From the NCBI RefSeq assembly GCF_046105845.1, contig NZ_CP151004.1: 64,000 nt of DNA. One strand, given 5' to 3'. This stretch comes from Escherichia coli. Lineage in GTDB: Bacteria; Pseudomonadota; Gammaproteobacteria; Enterobacterales; Enterobacteriaceae. The notes below the pieces were generated by a model. The model had not been told where the DNA came from, did not search any database, and saw only the letters and a program-made list of their open reading frames with translations. This document shows positions 32,888 to 44,655 of the stretch, in pieces (position 1 is the stretch's first letter; each line of letters opens with the position of its first letter). A program made the position numbers and the translations under genes.

Positions 32888-33746
32888 GGAGTAACTCCAG
32901 CAGATATTGGCCGTAGCCAGTTTTCGCCAGCGAGCTGGCGGCGCGCTTCACGCCTTCGTCATCAAGCCAGCCGTTACGCCAGGCGATCTCTTCCAGGCAG
33001 GCAATCTTAAAGCCCTGGCGTTTTTCTACCGTCTGTACAAAGGTACTGGCTTCAATCAGGCTGTCGTGAGTACCGGTGTCCAGCCAGGCAAATCCGCGCC
33101 CGAGCAGTTCAACGGTCAGGTTACCCGCCTCGAGGTACATCTGGTTGATGGAGGTGATCTCCAGTTCACCACGCTCCGACGGCTTCACCAGCTTTGCGTA
33201 CTCCACAACTTTACTGTCGTAGAAATAAAGCCCGGTCACCGCCCAGTTTGACTTCGGCTGTTTTGGCTTTTCTTCCAGCGAGATAGCGCGGAAATTGTCG
33301 TCAAACTCCACGACGCCAAAGCGTTCCGGATCCATCACCTGATAGCCAAATACCGTCGCGCCTTGCGTGCGCGCCGCAACATGACGCAACTTCGGACTGA
33401 AGCCCTGTCCGAAGAAGATGTTATCGCCCAGCACCAGACAAGAAGGTTCACCGTTGAGGAAGGTTTCACCGATGATAAAGGCCTGCGCCAGACCGTCCGG
33501 ACTGGGCTGTTCGGCATATTCCAGCTGGATACCGAACTCACTACCATCGCCCAGCAGGCGCTGGAAATAACCTTTATCTTCCGGCGTAGTGATGATGAGA
33601 ATTTCGCGGATACCGGCCAGCATCAGCACCGACAGCGGATAGTAAATCATTGGCTTATCGTAAATCGGCAACAGTTGCTTCGATACGCCGCGCGTAATCG
33701 GATGCAATCGGGTGCCGGAACCGCCCGCCAGGATAATACCTTTCAT
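32865..33746 (-). CDS. rffH: Glucose-1-phosphate thymidylyltransferase 2
   Basis: 293-aa ORF with the N-terminal [18 protein letters not shown] nucleotidyltransferase motif. Confidence 0.9.
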   Translation of the reverse strand: MKGIILAGGSGTRLHPITRGVSKQLLPIYDKPMIYYPLSVLMLAGIREILIITTPEDKGYFQRLLGDGSEFGIQLEYAEQPSPDGLAQAFIIGETFLNGEPSCLVLGDNIFFGQGFSPKLRHVAARTQGATVFGYQVMDPERFGVVEFDDNFRAISLEEKPKQPKSNWAVTGLYFYDSKVVEYAKLVKPSERGELEITSINQMYLEAGNLTVELLGRGFAWLDTGTHDSLIEASTFVQTVEKRQGFKIACLEEIAWRNGWLDDEGVKRAASSLAKTGYGQYLLELLRARPRQY

Positions 33747-33764
33747 GTTTGCCTCCGCTGAAAA

Positions 33765-34832
33765 TTAGCCTTTCAGACCTAAACGCTCGCCCTGATAGCT
33801 GCCGTCCTGCACCTGCTTCCACCAGCTTTCATTAGCCAGATACCACTGCACCGTTTTACGCATTCCACTTTCAAAGGTTTCCTGCGGCAGCCAGCCAAGT
33901 TCATGGGCAATTTTCGAAGCATCAATGGCATAACGCAGATCATGCCCCGGACGGTCAGCGACAAAGGTGATCAGGTCACGATAGTGCGCCACGCCGTGCG
34001 GCTTGTTCGGAGCCAGTTCTTCCAGCAGCTCGCAAATGGTTTCCACAACATCGAGATTCTTACGCTCGTTGTGACCACCAATATTATAGGTTTCACCGAC
34101 TTTCCCGGTGGTCGCTACGCAATACAGCGCACGGGCGTGATCTTCAACATACAGCCAGTCACGGATTTGCTGCCCGTTGCCATATACCGGCAGCGGTTTA
34201 CCCGCCAGCGCGTTGAGGATCATCAGCGGGATCAGTTTTTCCGGAAAGTGGTAAGGGCCGTAGTTATTCGAGCAGTTGGTGATAAGCGTCGGCAGACCAT
34301 AGGTCCGCAGCCAGGCGCGTACCAGATGGTCGCTGCTGGCTTTTGAAGCGGAATAAGGGCTGCTCGGCGCATACGGCGTGGTTTCGGTGAAGAAATCATC
34401 CGTCGAGTGCAGGTCACCATATACTTCGTCGGTGGAAATATGATGAAAACGGAACGCTGATTTTTTATCTTCCGTCAGCGCATTCCAGTAAGTCCGCGCC
34501 GCTTCAAGCAATGTATAAGTCCCGACAATGTTGGTTTCAATAAACGCTGCCGGGCCGTCAATAGAACGGTCAACATGGCTTTCGGCTGCCAGATGCATGA
34601 CACAGTCTGGCTGATGCTCAGTGAATACGCGCGCCAGTTCTGCCCGATCGCAGATATCAACTTTCTCAAAGGCAAAGCGCTCGCTTTGCGCGACCGGTGC
34701 CAGCGACATCAGGTTTCCGGCGTAGGTCAGCTTATCGACCACTACCACCGCATCGCTCGTTTCGTTGATGATATAACGCACCAGCGCCGAGCCAATAAAC
34801 CCGGCACCACCTGTTATCAGAATCTTTCTCAT
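33765..34832 (-). CDS. rffG: dTDP-glucose 4,6-dehydratase 2
   Basis: 355-aa [22 protein letters not shown]... (Rossmann GxxGxxG, SDR family). Confidence 0.9.
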   Translation of the reverse strand: MRKILITGGAGFIGSALVRYIINETSDAVVVVDKLTYAGNLMSLAPVAQSERFAFEKVDICDRAELARVFTEHQPDCVMHLAAESHVDRSIDGPAAFIETNIVGTYTLLEAARTYWNALTEDKKSAFRFHHISTDEVYGDLHSTDDFFTETTPYAPSSPYSASKASSDHLVRAWLRTYGLPTLITNCSNNYGPYHFPEKLIPLMILNALAGKPLPVYGNGQQIRDWLYVEDHARALYCVATTGKVGETYNIGGHNERKNLDVVETICELLEELAPNKPHGVAHYRDLITFVADRPGHDLRYAIDASKIAHELGWLPQETFESGMRKTVQWYLANESWWKQVQDGSYQGERLGLKG

Positions 34833-36094
34833 CAGCGCCAGACTCCTTTGGCATCGACGACATACTGCTGATGGACGTTGTCGCCATTGATAACTTTGAA
34901 CTGACTATGATCGACCAGCATCACCAGCACATCTGCCGTTGCCAGCGCCTCGTCAAGCTGCGCCAGAGTACAAAGCCCGGTCAGTTTCTTCGGCAACTGG
35001 TGGATGTTAGGCTCAACAACCAGCGTTTCGCCGCTGTGCCACTGGGCGATCAGTTCAGCGATTTCCATCGCCGGGCTTTCGCGCAGGTCATCAATATTCG
35101 GTTTAAACGCCAGACCAAAGCAGGCGATTTTCAGTTCACTGGCACGTTTATCGGTAGCCGCCAGACAATCAGCCACCGCCGCTTTCACCTGATCGATAAC
35201 CCAGAACGGTTTGTGATCGTTCACTTCGCGCGCGGTACGGATAAGCCGCGCCTGCTGCGGGTTCTGTGCCACAATAAACCACGGATCAACAGCGATGCAG
35301 TGACCGCCCACGCCAGGACCAGGCTGAAGAATATTAACGCGAGGGTGACGATTCGCCAGGCGAATCAGTTCCCAGACGTTAATCCCCTGATCGGCACAAA
35401 TCAGCGACAATTCATTAGCAAAAGCGATATTCACATCGCGGAAGCTGTTTTCGGTGAGCTTACACATTTCCGCCGTCCGCGAGTTAGTGACGACACACTC
35501 ACCTTCGAGGAAAATCTTGTACAGTTCGCTGGCGCGGGCCGAACAAACCGGCGTCATACCACCAATCACGCGATCGTTTTTAATCAGCTCGACCATAACC
35601 TGGCCCGGTAACACGCGTTCCGGGCAGTAAGCAATGTTGACGTCCGCCAACTCGCCCACCTGCTGTGGGAAAGTGAGATCTGGACGCATCTCTGCTAACC
35701 ATTCTGCCATCTTCTCGGTTGACCCCACCGGCGAGGTGGATTCAAGGATCACCAGCGCGCCTTTTTTCAGCACTGGCGCAATGGAGCGAGCAGCCGATTC
35801 AACGTAGGTCATATCTGGCTCATGATCGCCTTTAAACGGCGTGGGTACAGCAATCAGCCAGGCATCCGCTTCAACTGGCGTCGTGCTCGCTCGTAAAAAA
35901 CCGCCTTCTACGGCAGTTTTTACTACGCTCGCCAAATCAGGTTCGACGATATGGATTTCGCCACGATTGATGGTATCAACCGCATGTTGGTTGATATCGA
36001 CACCAATCACCTGTTTTTGCCGAGAGGCAAACGCAGCTGCCGTTGGCAGCCCGATATAACCCAGTCCGATAACAGAAATGGTCGCAAAACTCAT
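34832..36094 (-). CDS. wecC: UDP-N-acetyl-D-mannosamine dehydrogenase
   Basis: 420-aa [25 protein letters not shown]... Confidence 0.9.
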   Translation of the reverse strand: MSFATISVIGLGYIGLPTAAAFASRQKQVIGVDINQHAVDTINRGEIHIVEPDLASVVKTAVEGGFLRASTTPVEADAWLIAVPTPFKGDHEPDMTYVESAARSIAPVLKKGALVILESTSPVGSTEKMAEWLAEMRPDLTFPQQVGELADVNIAYCPERVLPGQVMVELIKNDRVIGGMTPVCSARASELYKIFLEGECVVTNSRTAEMCKLTENSFRDVNIAFANELSLICADQGINVWELIRLANRHPRVNILQPGPGVGGHCIAVDPWFIVAQNPQQARLIRTAREVNDHKPFWVIDQVKAAVADCLAATDKRASELKIACFGLAFKPNIDDLRESPAMEIAELIAQWHSGETLVVEPNIHQLPKKLTGLCTLAQLDEALATADVLVMLVDHSQFKVINGDNVHQQYVVDAKGVWR

Positions 36095-37221
36095 AGTGAT
36101 ATCCGATTATTTTTTAACGCTTCCAGAATGCGAGAGCATGCCTGACCATCACCATACGGGTTATGGGCGCGGCTCATAGTTTGATATTCGTTTTCGTCTT
36201 TTAAAAGACGCGTCACTTCCTCGACAATTCGCTGCTTATCCGTGCCTACCAGACGCACCGTACCCGCCGTCACCGCTTCCGGACGCTCAGTGGTATCGCG
36301 CATCACCAGCACCGGTTTCCCCAGCGAAGGCGCTTCTTCCTGAATGCCGCCTGAGTCGGTCAAAATCAGCCAGGCGTGGTTCATCAGCCAGACAAACGGT
36401 AAATACTCCTGGGGATCGATCAGAATGACATTTTTCACATGCCCCAGAATGCGATTGACCGGCTCTCTAACGTTCGGGTTGAGATGCACCGGATAGACAA
36501 TCTGGATGTCCTGGTGCGTGGTGGCGATGTCTGCCAGCGCATGGCAGATTTCTTCAAAGCCACGACCGAAGCTTTCACGCCTGTGACCGGTCACCAGAAT
36601 CATCTTTTTATCGGGGTCGATAAACGGGTAATTTGCCGCAAGTTCTGAACGCAGCGTGTCGCTGCTCATCACCTGGTCACGCACCCATAACAGTGCATCA
36701 ATAACTGTATTACCGGTAATGAAGATTCGGCTGTCAGCAACATTTTCACGCAGCAAGTTTTGCCGGGAAGTTTCGGTTGGAGAGAAGTGATACATCGCCA
36801 GATGCCCGGTCAATGTACGGTTAGCCTCTTCCGGCCACGGCGAATAGAGATCGCCCGTGCGCAGACCAGCCTCAACGTGACCAACAGGAATACGCTGATA
36901 AAACGCCGCCAGGCTGGTTGCCAGCGTCGTCGTAGTATCGCCGTGAACCAGCACGACGTCTGGTTTGAACTCGGCAAGAATTGGTTTTAGCCCTTCCAGA
37001 ATCCGACAGGTTATCTCTGTCAGGCCCTGTCCTGGCTGCATTATGTTGAGATCGTAGTCAGGTACAATGGAAAAGAGTTTCAGCACCTGATCGAGCATCT
37101 CCCGATGCTGCGCAGTGACGCAAACTTTAGCCTCAAAAAAAGGATCTTTTGCCAACGCATGCACCAACGGCGCCATCTTGATGGCTTCCGGGCGCGTACC
37201 AAATACAGTCAGTACTTTCAC
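36091..37221 (-). CDS. wecB: UDP-N-acetylglucosamine 2-epimerase
   Basis: ORF 36091..37263; GTG at 37219-37221 gives the 376-aa protein (M)[19 protein letters not shown]... Confidence 0.9.
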   Translation of the reverse strand: MKVLTVFGTRPEAIKMAPLVHALAKDPFFEAKVCVTAQHREMLDQVLKLFSIVPDYDLNIMQPGQGLTEITCRILEGLKPILAEFKPDVVLVHGDTTTTLATSLAAFYQRIPVGHVEAGLRTGDLYSPWPEEANRTLTGHLAMYHFSPTETSRQNLLRENVADSRIFITGNTVIDALLWVRDQVMSSDTLRSELAANYPFIDPDKKMILVTGHRRESFGRGFEEICHALADIATTHQDIQIVYPVHLNPNVREPVNRILGHVKNVILIDPQEYLPFVWLMNHAWLILTDSGGIQEEAPSLGKPVLVMRDTTERPEAVTAGTVRLVGTDKQRIVEEVTRLLKDENEYQTMSRAHNPYGDGQACSRILEALKNNRISL

Positions 37222-37276
37222 ATCGATTCTCTTCGAATAAGCGGCGAGCGCCTTTGCGCTCACCGCAGCAGTGTTG

Positions 37277-38326
37277 CTATTTCGAGCAACGGCGGGTTAA
37301 TGCGACACCAGCCCCGATCAGCCCCCCGACAATGCCCCACATAATCATCAGGAAGGCACGACGTGGGCTATCGCGTTTTACCGGTTCTTCCGGCGTACGC
37401 AAATAGCGATAGGTCTGAAAACGCGGATCCAGGGTTGGACCAACATTCAGGGTGTTTAACATGGCCCGATTCTGATCATAGTCGAGATCAAAGGCCGGAC
37501 CGACGGCCTGTAAATTTTCCAGTCGAGCCTGGAGCATTGGACGCCCAAGCAGGAACATTTCTGAATCAGGCAATTCCTCGGCAGGCACATCTGTCGCACT
37601 GCGCGAAATATTATGCTGCTCTGCAATTTTCAGCGCCTGTTCAATACTGTTCATCCGGCGGTCGTAGATGGCTTTCGCCACCTCTTCCTGACGCTTCACC
37701 TGAGCTTTCATCTGGATGGTGCGCGCCGCCCATGCACCTTTCAGCTCATCATTCAGATGGCTGGCTGCACGCTGGCTGGCAAAAGCAACATACTGACGTA
37801 ACAGGTTATTAGCGTCAGGCGCGGTTTCGGCAATCAGCTTCACGCTGTCATTGACCGCGCGGGTAAAGTCTCCGGGGATAAACTGGATGTTATTAATCAT
37901 TTCATCCAGCAACGCCGCATCGGCTTTGCTGTTGCCCACCATCCGCTGCTTGTAATAGTCGGTTTGCAGCCAGAACTCTCTGCGGGTATCCCACGAGGCC
38001 AGTTGCATAACAAACTCTTTATAGGCTTCGTCCATGACCGATGGTTGGTCGGCAGAAGCCATGTTTGAACGGACATCCAGGTTACGCAAAAATTGCTGCT
38101 GTGAGTAATATCCCCCCAGCATATTCACCGTTGGACGATCGGTAATCGCCGTCGAGCTCCACTCCTGACGAGCAAAAAACGTATACGCCAGCGCGATTAA
38201 CGCAAACGCCAGCCCCATGCCAATAATCCATAGCTTCCCAGCCCACAAGGTACGAAACAACCCACGAATATCCAGTTCATTTTCAGCGTCTTCGGCCGGT
38301 TTCCCAGGCATTGGTTGTGTCATCAC
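37277..38326 (-). CDS. wzzE: ECA polysaccharide chain-length modulation protein
   Basis: 349-aa ORF with N- and C-terminal TM segments flanking a periplasmic coiled-coil domain. Confidence 0.9.
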   Translation of the reverse strand: MMTQPMPGKPAEDAENELDIRGLFRTLWAGKLWIIGMGLAFALIALAYTFFARQEWSSTAITDRPTVNMLGGYYSQQQFLRNLDVRSNMASADQPSVMDEAYKEFVMQLASWDTRREFWLQTDYYKQRMVGNSKADAALLDEMINNIQFIPGDFTRAVNDSVKLIAETAPDANNLLRQYVAFASQRAASHLNDELKGAWAARTIQMKAQVKRQEEVAKAIYDRRMNSIEQALKIAEQHNISRSATDVPAEELPDSEMFLLGRPMLQARLENLQAVGPAFDLDYDQNRAMLNTLNVGPTLDPRFQTYRYLRTPEEPVKRDSPRRAFLMIMWGIVGGLIGAGVALTRRCSK

Positions 38327-38334
38327 ATCCTCAT

Positions 38335-39438
38335 TTATTTGGTTAAATTGGGGCTGCCACCACGATTTCTACGCAGTCTGCGTTTTACGCGCTTAATAAA
38401 GCGAGCAACTTTCCAGGCACGCTTAATGCAATATCCATAGAGGAAGAATGCTAGCAAAAAGAGCACCAGCATGACCCACTCCGGGACAAAATGAGAATAT
38501 TCTGCCAGCACCCCAATGGAGGCGAGCAGAGCTGCGGCAAGGGTAATCAGCACAAACGCCTGGCGGGAAGTAAACCCGGCACGCATGATCAAATGGTGAA
38601 TATGCTGGCGATCAGGAGAGAACGGACTCATGCCTTTACGCAGGCGACGGTACATAATCGCCACCATATCCATTAGCGGAATGGCGATTATCCACAAAGC
38701 GGTAACCGGGCTGATGGGATGGGTTTTGCCCTGGGTCGTTTCGAGCAGGATCCAGATAACGGTAAAACCAATCAGCGTACTGCCCGCATCACCCATAAAG
38801 ACTTTGTAGCGGCGACCCAGGATACCAAGGTTAAGCATGATGTATGGCAGGATGGCGGCGATCATCGCAAAACACCAGATTGCAAGGCTGGTTTGCCCGT
38901 CGAACCACAAAATCATACCGATTGCTGCAAACGAGACGCAGGACAACCCGCCCAGCAAGCCATCAATGCCATCAACCATGTTGAACGCATTAATGGCCGC
39001 CCAGACGGCAAATAGCGTCAGGAAGTAGCCAAACGGTCCGAGCACCATCTCCCAGGAGCCAAAGATATAACCCAGGCTACTGAGATAAAGTTTGCCGAAC
39101 ACCATCATAACAATGCCAACAGCGGCCTGTATGGTGGCACGGATTTTTACGCTGATATCAAAACGGTCATCCAGCGCGCCAATGAAAACAAGCACACCGG
39201 CACAAGCGAGATAGAGAGATGCATGCGGAATATAGTAATCGACAATTCCGAACGTGAAGCAAATCCCTGCGTAAACCGAAATCCCCCCAACGAGAGGTAT
39301 CAATCCCTGGTGACGTTTGCGGAAGTTAGGTTTATCCACTAAACCGACTTTTTTTGCCACCTTACGGGCAAAAAACAGAAACAGTGTCGTGAATAAAAAA
39401 ATACTGATGAGATCAGTACTCACTGTCAGTAAATTCAC
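38335..39438 (-). CDS. wecA: Undecaprenyl-phosphate GlcNAc-1-phosphate transferase
   Basis: 367-aa polytopic membrane protein MNLLTVSTDLISIFLFTTLFLFFARKVAKKVGLVDKPNFRKRH... Confidence 0.9.
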   Translation of the reverse strand: MNLLTVSTDLISIFLFTTLFLFFARKVAKKVGLVDKPNFRKRHQGLIPLVGGISVYAGICFTFGIVDYYIPHASLYLACAGVLVFIGALDDRFDISVKIRATIQAAVGIVMMVFGKLYLSSLGYIFGSWEMVLGPFGYFLTLFAVWAAINAFNMVDGIDGLLGGLSCVSFAAIGMILWFDGQTSLAIWCFAMIAAILPYIMLNLGILGRRYKVFMGDAGSTLIGFTVIWILLETTQGKTHPISPVTALWIIAIPLMDMVAIMYRRLRKGMSPFSPDRQHIHHLIMRAGFTSRQAFVLITLAAALLASIGVLAEYSHFVPEWVMLVLFLLAFFLYGYCIKRAWKVARFIKRVKRRLRRNRGGSPNLTK

Positions 39439-39626
39439 AATGCATGCTCTCAGAGAAAATTATTAGCAGAAGTATAACCACGAAGACCTTTATTCAGAAG
39501 GGAAAGTCCGTTCCGAACCCACCAGTCCTGTGCAAAAATTAACCATTTGATATGCAAATTGCATAACACACCAGCAAAATCCAGGAATTTTCCTAACATT
39601 GCCAGCGCGGCATTAAGATTACAGAT

Positions 39627-39665
39627 ATAAAAGCAAAACGCCACGTAAACACGTGGCGTTTTTGG
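39627..39665 (-). terminator. Intrinsic terminator just downstream of rho
   Basis: Minus strand reads AAAAACGCCACGTG-TTTA-CGTGGCGTTTTGCTTTT about 15 bp after the rho stop. Confidence 0.55.
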
Positions 39666-39677
39666 CATAAGACAAAT

Positions 39678-40937
39678 TTATGAGCGTTTCATCATTTCGA
39701 AGAAATCGTCATTGGTCTTGGTCATTGCCAGTTTATTAATGAGGAATTCCATTGCATCGATTTCGCCCATCGGGTGAATGATTTTGCGCAGGATCCACAT
39801 TTTCTGCAGTTCTTCCTGAGTAGTGAGCAGCTCTTCTTTACGGGTACCGGAACGGTTGTAGTCGATTGCCGGGAAGACGCGTTTTTCAGCGATCTTACGA
39901 GAGAGGTGCAGTTCCATGTTGCCTGTACCTTTAAACTCTTCGTAGATAACTTCGTCCATCTTGGAACCGGTATCGATAAGCGCGGTAGCGATGATGGTCA
40001 GGCTGCCGCCCTCTTCCACGTTACGCGCCGCACCGAAGAAGCGTTTCGGACGATGCAGGGCGTTGGCATCCACACCACCGGTCAGCACTTTACCTGACGC
40101 CGGAACAACGGTGTTGTAAGCGCGCGCCAGACGAGTGATGGAGTCGAGCAGGATGATAACGTCTTTCTTGTGCTCAACCAGGCGTTTCGCCTTCTCGATC
40201 ACCATTTCCGCAACCTGAACGTGGCGAGATGCGGGTTCGTCAAAGGTAGAAGCAACAACTTCACCTTTTACCAGACGCTGCATCTCGGTTACTTCTTCCG
40301 GACGTTCGTCGATCAGCAGAACCATCAGCACACAATCCGGGTGGTTGTAAGCAATGCTCTGAGCAATGTTCTGCAGCAGCATGGTTTTACCGGCTTTCGG
40401 CGGTGCCACAATCAGACCACGCTGACCACGACCGATAGGTGATGCCAGATCCAGTACGCGAGCGGTTAAATCTTCAGTAGAACCGTTACCACGTTCCATA
40501 CGCAGACGAGAGTTTGCGTGCAGCGGGGTTAAGTTCTCAAAGAGGATTTTGTTGCGGGCGTTTTCAGGTTTGTCGAAGTTAACTTCGTTAACTTTCAGCA
40601 GCGCAAAATAGCGTTCACCTTCTTTCGGCGGGCGAATCTTACCAGAGATGGTATCACCAGTGCGGAGGTTGAAACGGCGGATTTGGCTAGGGGAAACGTA
40701 GATGTCATCAGGACCGGCGAGGTAGGAGCTGTCTGCGGAACGGAGGAAACCAAATCCATCCTGCAATATCTCCAGTACACCATCACCAAAGATATCTTCG
40801 CCACTCTTTGCGTGCTGCTTCAGGATGGCAAAAATAATGTCCTGCTTACGCATACGAGCCAGGTTTTCCAGCCCCATATTTTCGCCGAGAGTGATCAGCT
40901 CAGAAACCGGCGTATTCTTTAATTCGGTAAGATTCAT
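39678..40937 (-). CDS. rho: Transcription termination factor Rho
   Basis: ORF 39678..41009; internal ATG 24 codons in gives the 419-aa protein [44 protein letters not shown]... Confidence 0.95.
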
Positions 40938-41021
40938 AGTGGTGTGAGTTCTTAAACTTGGGGTAAATCTCGAACTTAATGTTGTGAATGGTATGGCAGG
41001 ATCATCCATGCCTGTTTACGG

Positions 41022-41123
41022 TCATCGACTCATGTCTTTTCGCTGTCTGGTCACAGGAGAGTACGCAGAACTGAAACGACAAGACGGATTGAGTGACGAG
41101 CCAGAAATCTGTTCACTTCGCAT
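41022..41123 (-). CDS. rhoL: rho operon leader peptide
   Basis: My own minus-strand translation: ATG CGA AGT GAA CAG ... = MRSEQISGSSLNPSCRFSSAYSPVTRQRKDMSR (33 aa), about 85 bp upstream of the rho start. Confidence 0.6.
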   Translation of the reverse strand: MRSEQISGSSLNPSCRFSSAYSPVTRQRKDMSR

Positions 41124-41263
41124 TTAAGATAAAACGGGAAGCGTTGGAAATTACAAGATTCAAACTTAATAAGGTATGTTTAATACGAAGTCAACACTAA
41201 GTTAGCATGACTCACGCCGGGCGTCCAGTTTTTAGCGACGGGGCACCCGAACATGAAATTCCC

Positions 41264-41593
41264 TTACGCCAGGTTAGCGTCGAGGAACTCTTTCAACTGA
41301 CCTTTAGACAGTGCGCCCACTTTGGTTGCCGCCACTTCACCGTTTTTGAACAGCAGCAGAGTCGGGATACCACGGATACCATATTTCGGCGCAGTGCCAG
41401 GGTTTTGATCGATGTTCAGTTTTGCAACGGTCAGTTTGCCCTGATATTCGTCAGCGATTTCATCCAGAATCGGGGCGATCATTTTGCACGGACCGCACCA
41501 CTCTGCCCAGAAATCGACGAGGATCGCCCCGTCCGCTTTGAGTACATCCGTGTCAAAACTGTCGTCAGTCAGGTGAATAATTTTATCGCTCAT
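41264..41593 (-). CDS. trxA: Thioredoxin 1
   Basis: ORF 41264..41698 begins at a TTG; ATG at 41591-41593 gives the 109-aa protein [41 protein letters not shown]... (WCGPC active site). Confidence 0.95.
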
Positions 41594-41723
41594 ATATAAC
41601 TCCACAGGAATAAGCCTGGCGTGTTGGTTTCGTTGTTGGTGTAACATTAACCAACTAAAGGTTGACTTTATTTCACCGGATACGCTTTCGTAAAGCAATA
41701 GTAAGCTGATATTCTACCACACT

Positions 41724-42989
41724 ATGAGCAAAACACATTTAACAGAACAGAAGTTTTCCGACTTCGCCCTGCATCCGAAGGTTGTAGAAGCCCTTGAAAA
41801 AAAAGGGTTTCATAACTGTACGCCCATTCAGGCACTGGCCCTTCCGCTGACGCTGGCGGGTCGTGACGTAGCCGGGCAGGCGCAAACCGGTACCGGGAAA
41901 ACGATGGCGTTTCTTACGTCAACGTTTCATTATCTTCTCTCTCATCCCGCGATTGCCGATCGCAAGGTGAATCAACCGCGTGCCTTAATTATGGCACCGA
42001 CGCGTGAACTTGCCGTGCAGATCCACGCCGACGCAGAGCCACTTGCGCAAGCTACCGGCCTGAAGCTGGGTCTGGCTTACGGTGGTGATGGCTACGACAA
42101 ACAGCTGAAAGTGCTGGAAAGCGGCGTTGACATTCTGATTGGCACCACGGGGCGTTTAATTGACTACGCCAAGCAGAACCACATTAACCTCGGTGCCATT
42201 CAGGTAGTGGTACTGGACGAAGCCGATCGCATGTACGATCTGGGCTTTATTAAAGATATCCGCTGGCTGTTCCGCCGTATGCCGCCTGCAAACCAGCGCC
42301 TCAACATGCTGTTCTCCGCCACGCTTTCGTACCGGGTACGTGAACTGGCGTTCGAGCAGATGAACAATGCCGAATATATTGAAGTGGAACCGGAACAGAA
42401 AACGGGCCACCGTATTAAAGAAGAGCTTTTCTACCCTTCTAACGAAGAAAAAATGCGTTTGCTGCAAACGCTGATCGAAGAAGAGTGGCCAGACAGAGCG
42501 ATTATTTTCGCCAACACCAAACACCGTTGTGAAGAGATCTGGGGCCACCTGGCGGCAGATGGTCATCGTGTCGGTTTGTTGACAGGCGATGTCGCGCAGA
42601 AAAAACGTCTGCGTATTCTTGATGAATTTACCCGTGGGGATCTGGATATTCTGGTTGCCACCGACGTTGCCGCGCGTGGCCTGCATATCCCGGCTGTGAC
42701 GCACGTCTTTAACTACGATTTACCCGATGACTGTGAAGATTACGTTCACCGTATTGGTCGTACAGGTCGCGCAGGCGCAAGTGGTCATTCCATCAGCCTG
42801 GCATGTGAAGAGTATGCATTGAATTTGCCTGCTATTGAGACCTATATTGGTCACTCAATTCCGGTAAGCAAATACAATCCGGACGCATTGATGACCGATC
42901 TGCCAAAACCGCTGCGCCTCACGCGCCCGCGCACAGGCAATGGTCCGCGTCGTACTGGCGCTCCGCGTAATCGTCGTCGTTCAGGTTAA
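41724..42989 (+). CDS. rhlB: ATP-dependent RNA helicase RhlB (DEAD box)
   Basis: 421-aa ORF with Q motif, Walker A (AQTGTGKT), DEAD and SAT motifs. Confidence 0.95.
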   Translation: MSKTHLTEQKFSDFALHPKVVEALEKKGFHNCTPIQALALPLTLAGRDVAGQAQTGTGKTMAFLTSTFHYLLSHPAIADRKVNQPRALIMAPTRELAVQIHADAEPLAQATGLKLGLAYGGDGYDKQLKVLESGVDILIGTTGRLIDYAKQNHINLGAIQVVVLDEADRMYDLGFIKDIRWLFRRMPPANQRLNMLFSATLSYRVRELAFEQMNNAEYIEVEPEQKTGHRIKEELFYPSNEEKMRLLQTLIEEEWPDRAIIFANTKHRCEEIWGHLAADGHRVGLLTGDVAQKKRLRILDEFTRGDLDILVATDVAARGLHIPAVTHVFNYDLPDDCEDYVHRIGRTGRAGASGHSISLACEEYALNLPAIETYIGHSIPVSKYNPDALMTDLPKPLRLTRPRTGNGPRRTGAPRNRRRSG

Positions 42990-43124
42990 ATAAAAAATGT
43001 CATACTCAAAATCATTCAAACTGGATCAAGATGGCAAGAGAATGAATCCCGATGCGCTTACTGTCGTAAGTGATTCGGGTGAAGGAATGCAGCCAACGCA
43101 GAGACAGATTGAAGGATGAAGAGT

Positions 43125-44609
43125 ATGGGTTCCACCTCGTCGCTGTATGCAGCCATTGATCTCGGTTCGAATAGTTTTCATATGCTGGTTGTGCGCGAGG
43201 TGGCTGGAAGCATCCAGACGCTGACGCGAATTAAACGCAAAGTGCGTCTGGCTGCTGGCCTGAATAGCGAAAATGCCCTGTCTAATGAAGCAATGGAGCG
43301 CGGTTGGCAATGTCTGCGCCTGTTTGCTGAACGTCTGCAAGATATCCCTCCCCCGCAAATTCGCGTTGTCGCTACGGCGACATTACGACTTGCCGTCAAT
43401 GCGGGTGATTTTATTGCCAAAGCGCAGGAAATCCTCGGTTGTCCGGTACAGGTGATCAGCGGTGAAGAGGAAGCGCGTCTGATTTATCAGGGCGTTGCTC
43501 ACACCACTGGCGGTGCCGATCAGCGCCTGGTGGTGGATATAGGCGGTGCCAGTACTGAACTGGTAACCGGCACGGGTGCACAAACCACCTCGTTGTTCAG
43601 CCTGTCGATGGGCTGCGTCACCTGGCTGGAACGCTATTTTGCCGATCGTAATCTGGGGCAGGAAAATTTTGATGCTGCAGAAAAAGCGGCACGCAAAGTG
43701 TTACGTCCGGTTGCCGATGAATTACGGTATCACGGCTGGAAAGTGTGCGTTGGCGCTTCCGGCACCGTGCAGGCGTTACAGGAAATCATGATGGCACAGG
43801 GGATGGATGAACGCATTACCCTGGAAAAGTTGCAGCAACTGAAACAGCGAGCCATTCATTGCGGTCGGCTGGAGGAACTGGAGATTGACGGGCTGACGCT
43901 GGAACGTGCGTTAGTGTTCCCGAGTGGTCTGGCAATCCTGATAGCCATTTTTACCGAACTGAATATTCAGTGTATGACCCTGGCGGGCGGTGCGCTGCGT
44001 GAAGGCCTGGTCTACGGCATGTTGCATCTGACTGTCGAGCAGGATATTCGCAGCCGTACGCTGCGTAATATTCAGCGCCGCTTTATGATCGATATTGATC
44101 AGGCACAGCGCGTAGCCAAAGTTGCGGGTAACTTCTTCGATCAGGTGGAAAACGAATGGCATCTTGAAGCAATAAGCCGCGATTTGCTCATCAGCGCCTG
44201 CCAGCTTCATGAAATCGGCCTGAGCGTTGACTTCAAACAAGCGCCGCAACACGCTGCTTATCTGGTACGTAATCTGGATCTTCCCGGTTTTACCCCCGCA
44301 CAGAAAAAACTGCTGGCGACGCTACTGCTCAACCAGACGAATCCGGTCGATCTCTCATCGCTGCATCAGCAAAATGCCGTACCGCCGCGCGTCGCAGAAC
44401 AACTCTGCCGCTTACTTCGCCTGGCCATCATTTTTGCCAGCCGTCGCCGTGACGATCTCGTGCCAGAGATGACATTACAGGCTAACCATGAACTGTTGAC
44501 CTTGACGCTTCCGCAAGGTTGGCTAACCCAACATCCGCTCGGTAAAGAGATTATTGCTCAGGAAAGCCAGTGGCAGAGCTATGTCCACTGGCCGCTGGAA
44601 GTGCATTAA
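43125..44609 (+). CDS. gppA: Guanosine-5'-triphosphate,3'-diphosphate pyrophosphatase
   Basis: ORF 43116..44609; ATG at 43125 gives the 494-aa protein [25 protein letters not shown]... (Ppx/GppA fold). Confidence 0.9.
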   Translation: MGSTSSLYAAIDLGSNSFHMLVVREVAGSIQTLTRIKRKVRLAAGLNSENALSNEAMERGWQCLRLFAERLQDIPPPQIRVVATATLRLAVNAGDFIAKAQEILGCPVQVISGEEEARLIYQGVAHTTGGADQRLVVDIGGASTELVTGTGAQTTSLFSLSMGCVTWLERYFADRNLGQENFDAAEKAARKVLRPVADELRYHGWKVCVGASGTVQALQEIMMAQGMDERITLEKLQQLKQRAIHCGRLEELEIDGLTLERALVFPSGLAILIAIFTELNIQCMTLAGGALREGLVYGMLHLTVEQDIRSRTLRNIQRRFMIDIDQAQRVAKVAGNFFDQVENEWHLEAISRDLLISACQLHEIGLSVDFKQAPQHAAYLVRNLDLPGFTPAQKKLLATLLLNQTNPVDLSSLHQQNAVPPRVAEQLCRLLRLAIIFASRRRDDLVPEMTLQANHELLTLTLPQGWLTQHPLGKEIIAQESQWQSYVHWPLEVH

Positions 44610-44618
44610 TGAGTAAGT

Positions 44619-44650
44619 GCCGGATGCGATGCTGACGCATCTTTTCCGGC
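44619..44650. repeat. REP-like palindromic element / shared terminator between the convergent gppA and rep
   Basis: GCCGGATGCGATGCTGACGCATCTTTTCCGGC: GCCGGATGCG head as in REP, with imperfect dyad symmetry. Confidence 0.4.
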
Positions 44651-44655
44651 CTTGA

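Noticed and set aside
34871-35611. Long antisense ORFs inside well-supported genes (e.g. 34871..35611 in wecC, 44938..45735 in rep, 21909..22661 in aslA, 47658..48392 in ilvC, 52149..52724 in ilvD, 9099..9761 across uvrD/yigB)
   Set aside because: Each is in the opposite strand of a gene whose product matches a known protein end to end. High-GC coding DNA commonly yields such shadow ORFs.
39678-41009. N-terminally extended ORF-track models (rho 443 aa, trxA 144 aa, ilvC 565 aa, ilvE 331 aa, uvrD 782 aa, ilvY 324 aa, comM 516 aa, gppA 497 aa, rep 678 aa, corA 321 aa, aslB 421 aa, wecB 390 aa, hemC 320 aa)
   Set aside because: The track runs from the most upstream possible start. In each case an internal ATG, GTG or TTG reproduces the known protein length, so I trimmed the coordinates accordingly.
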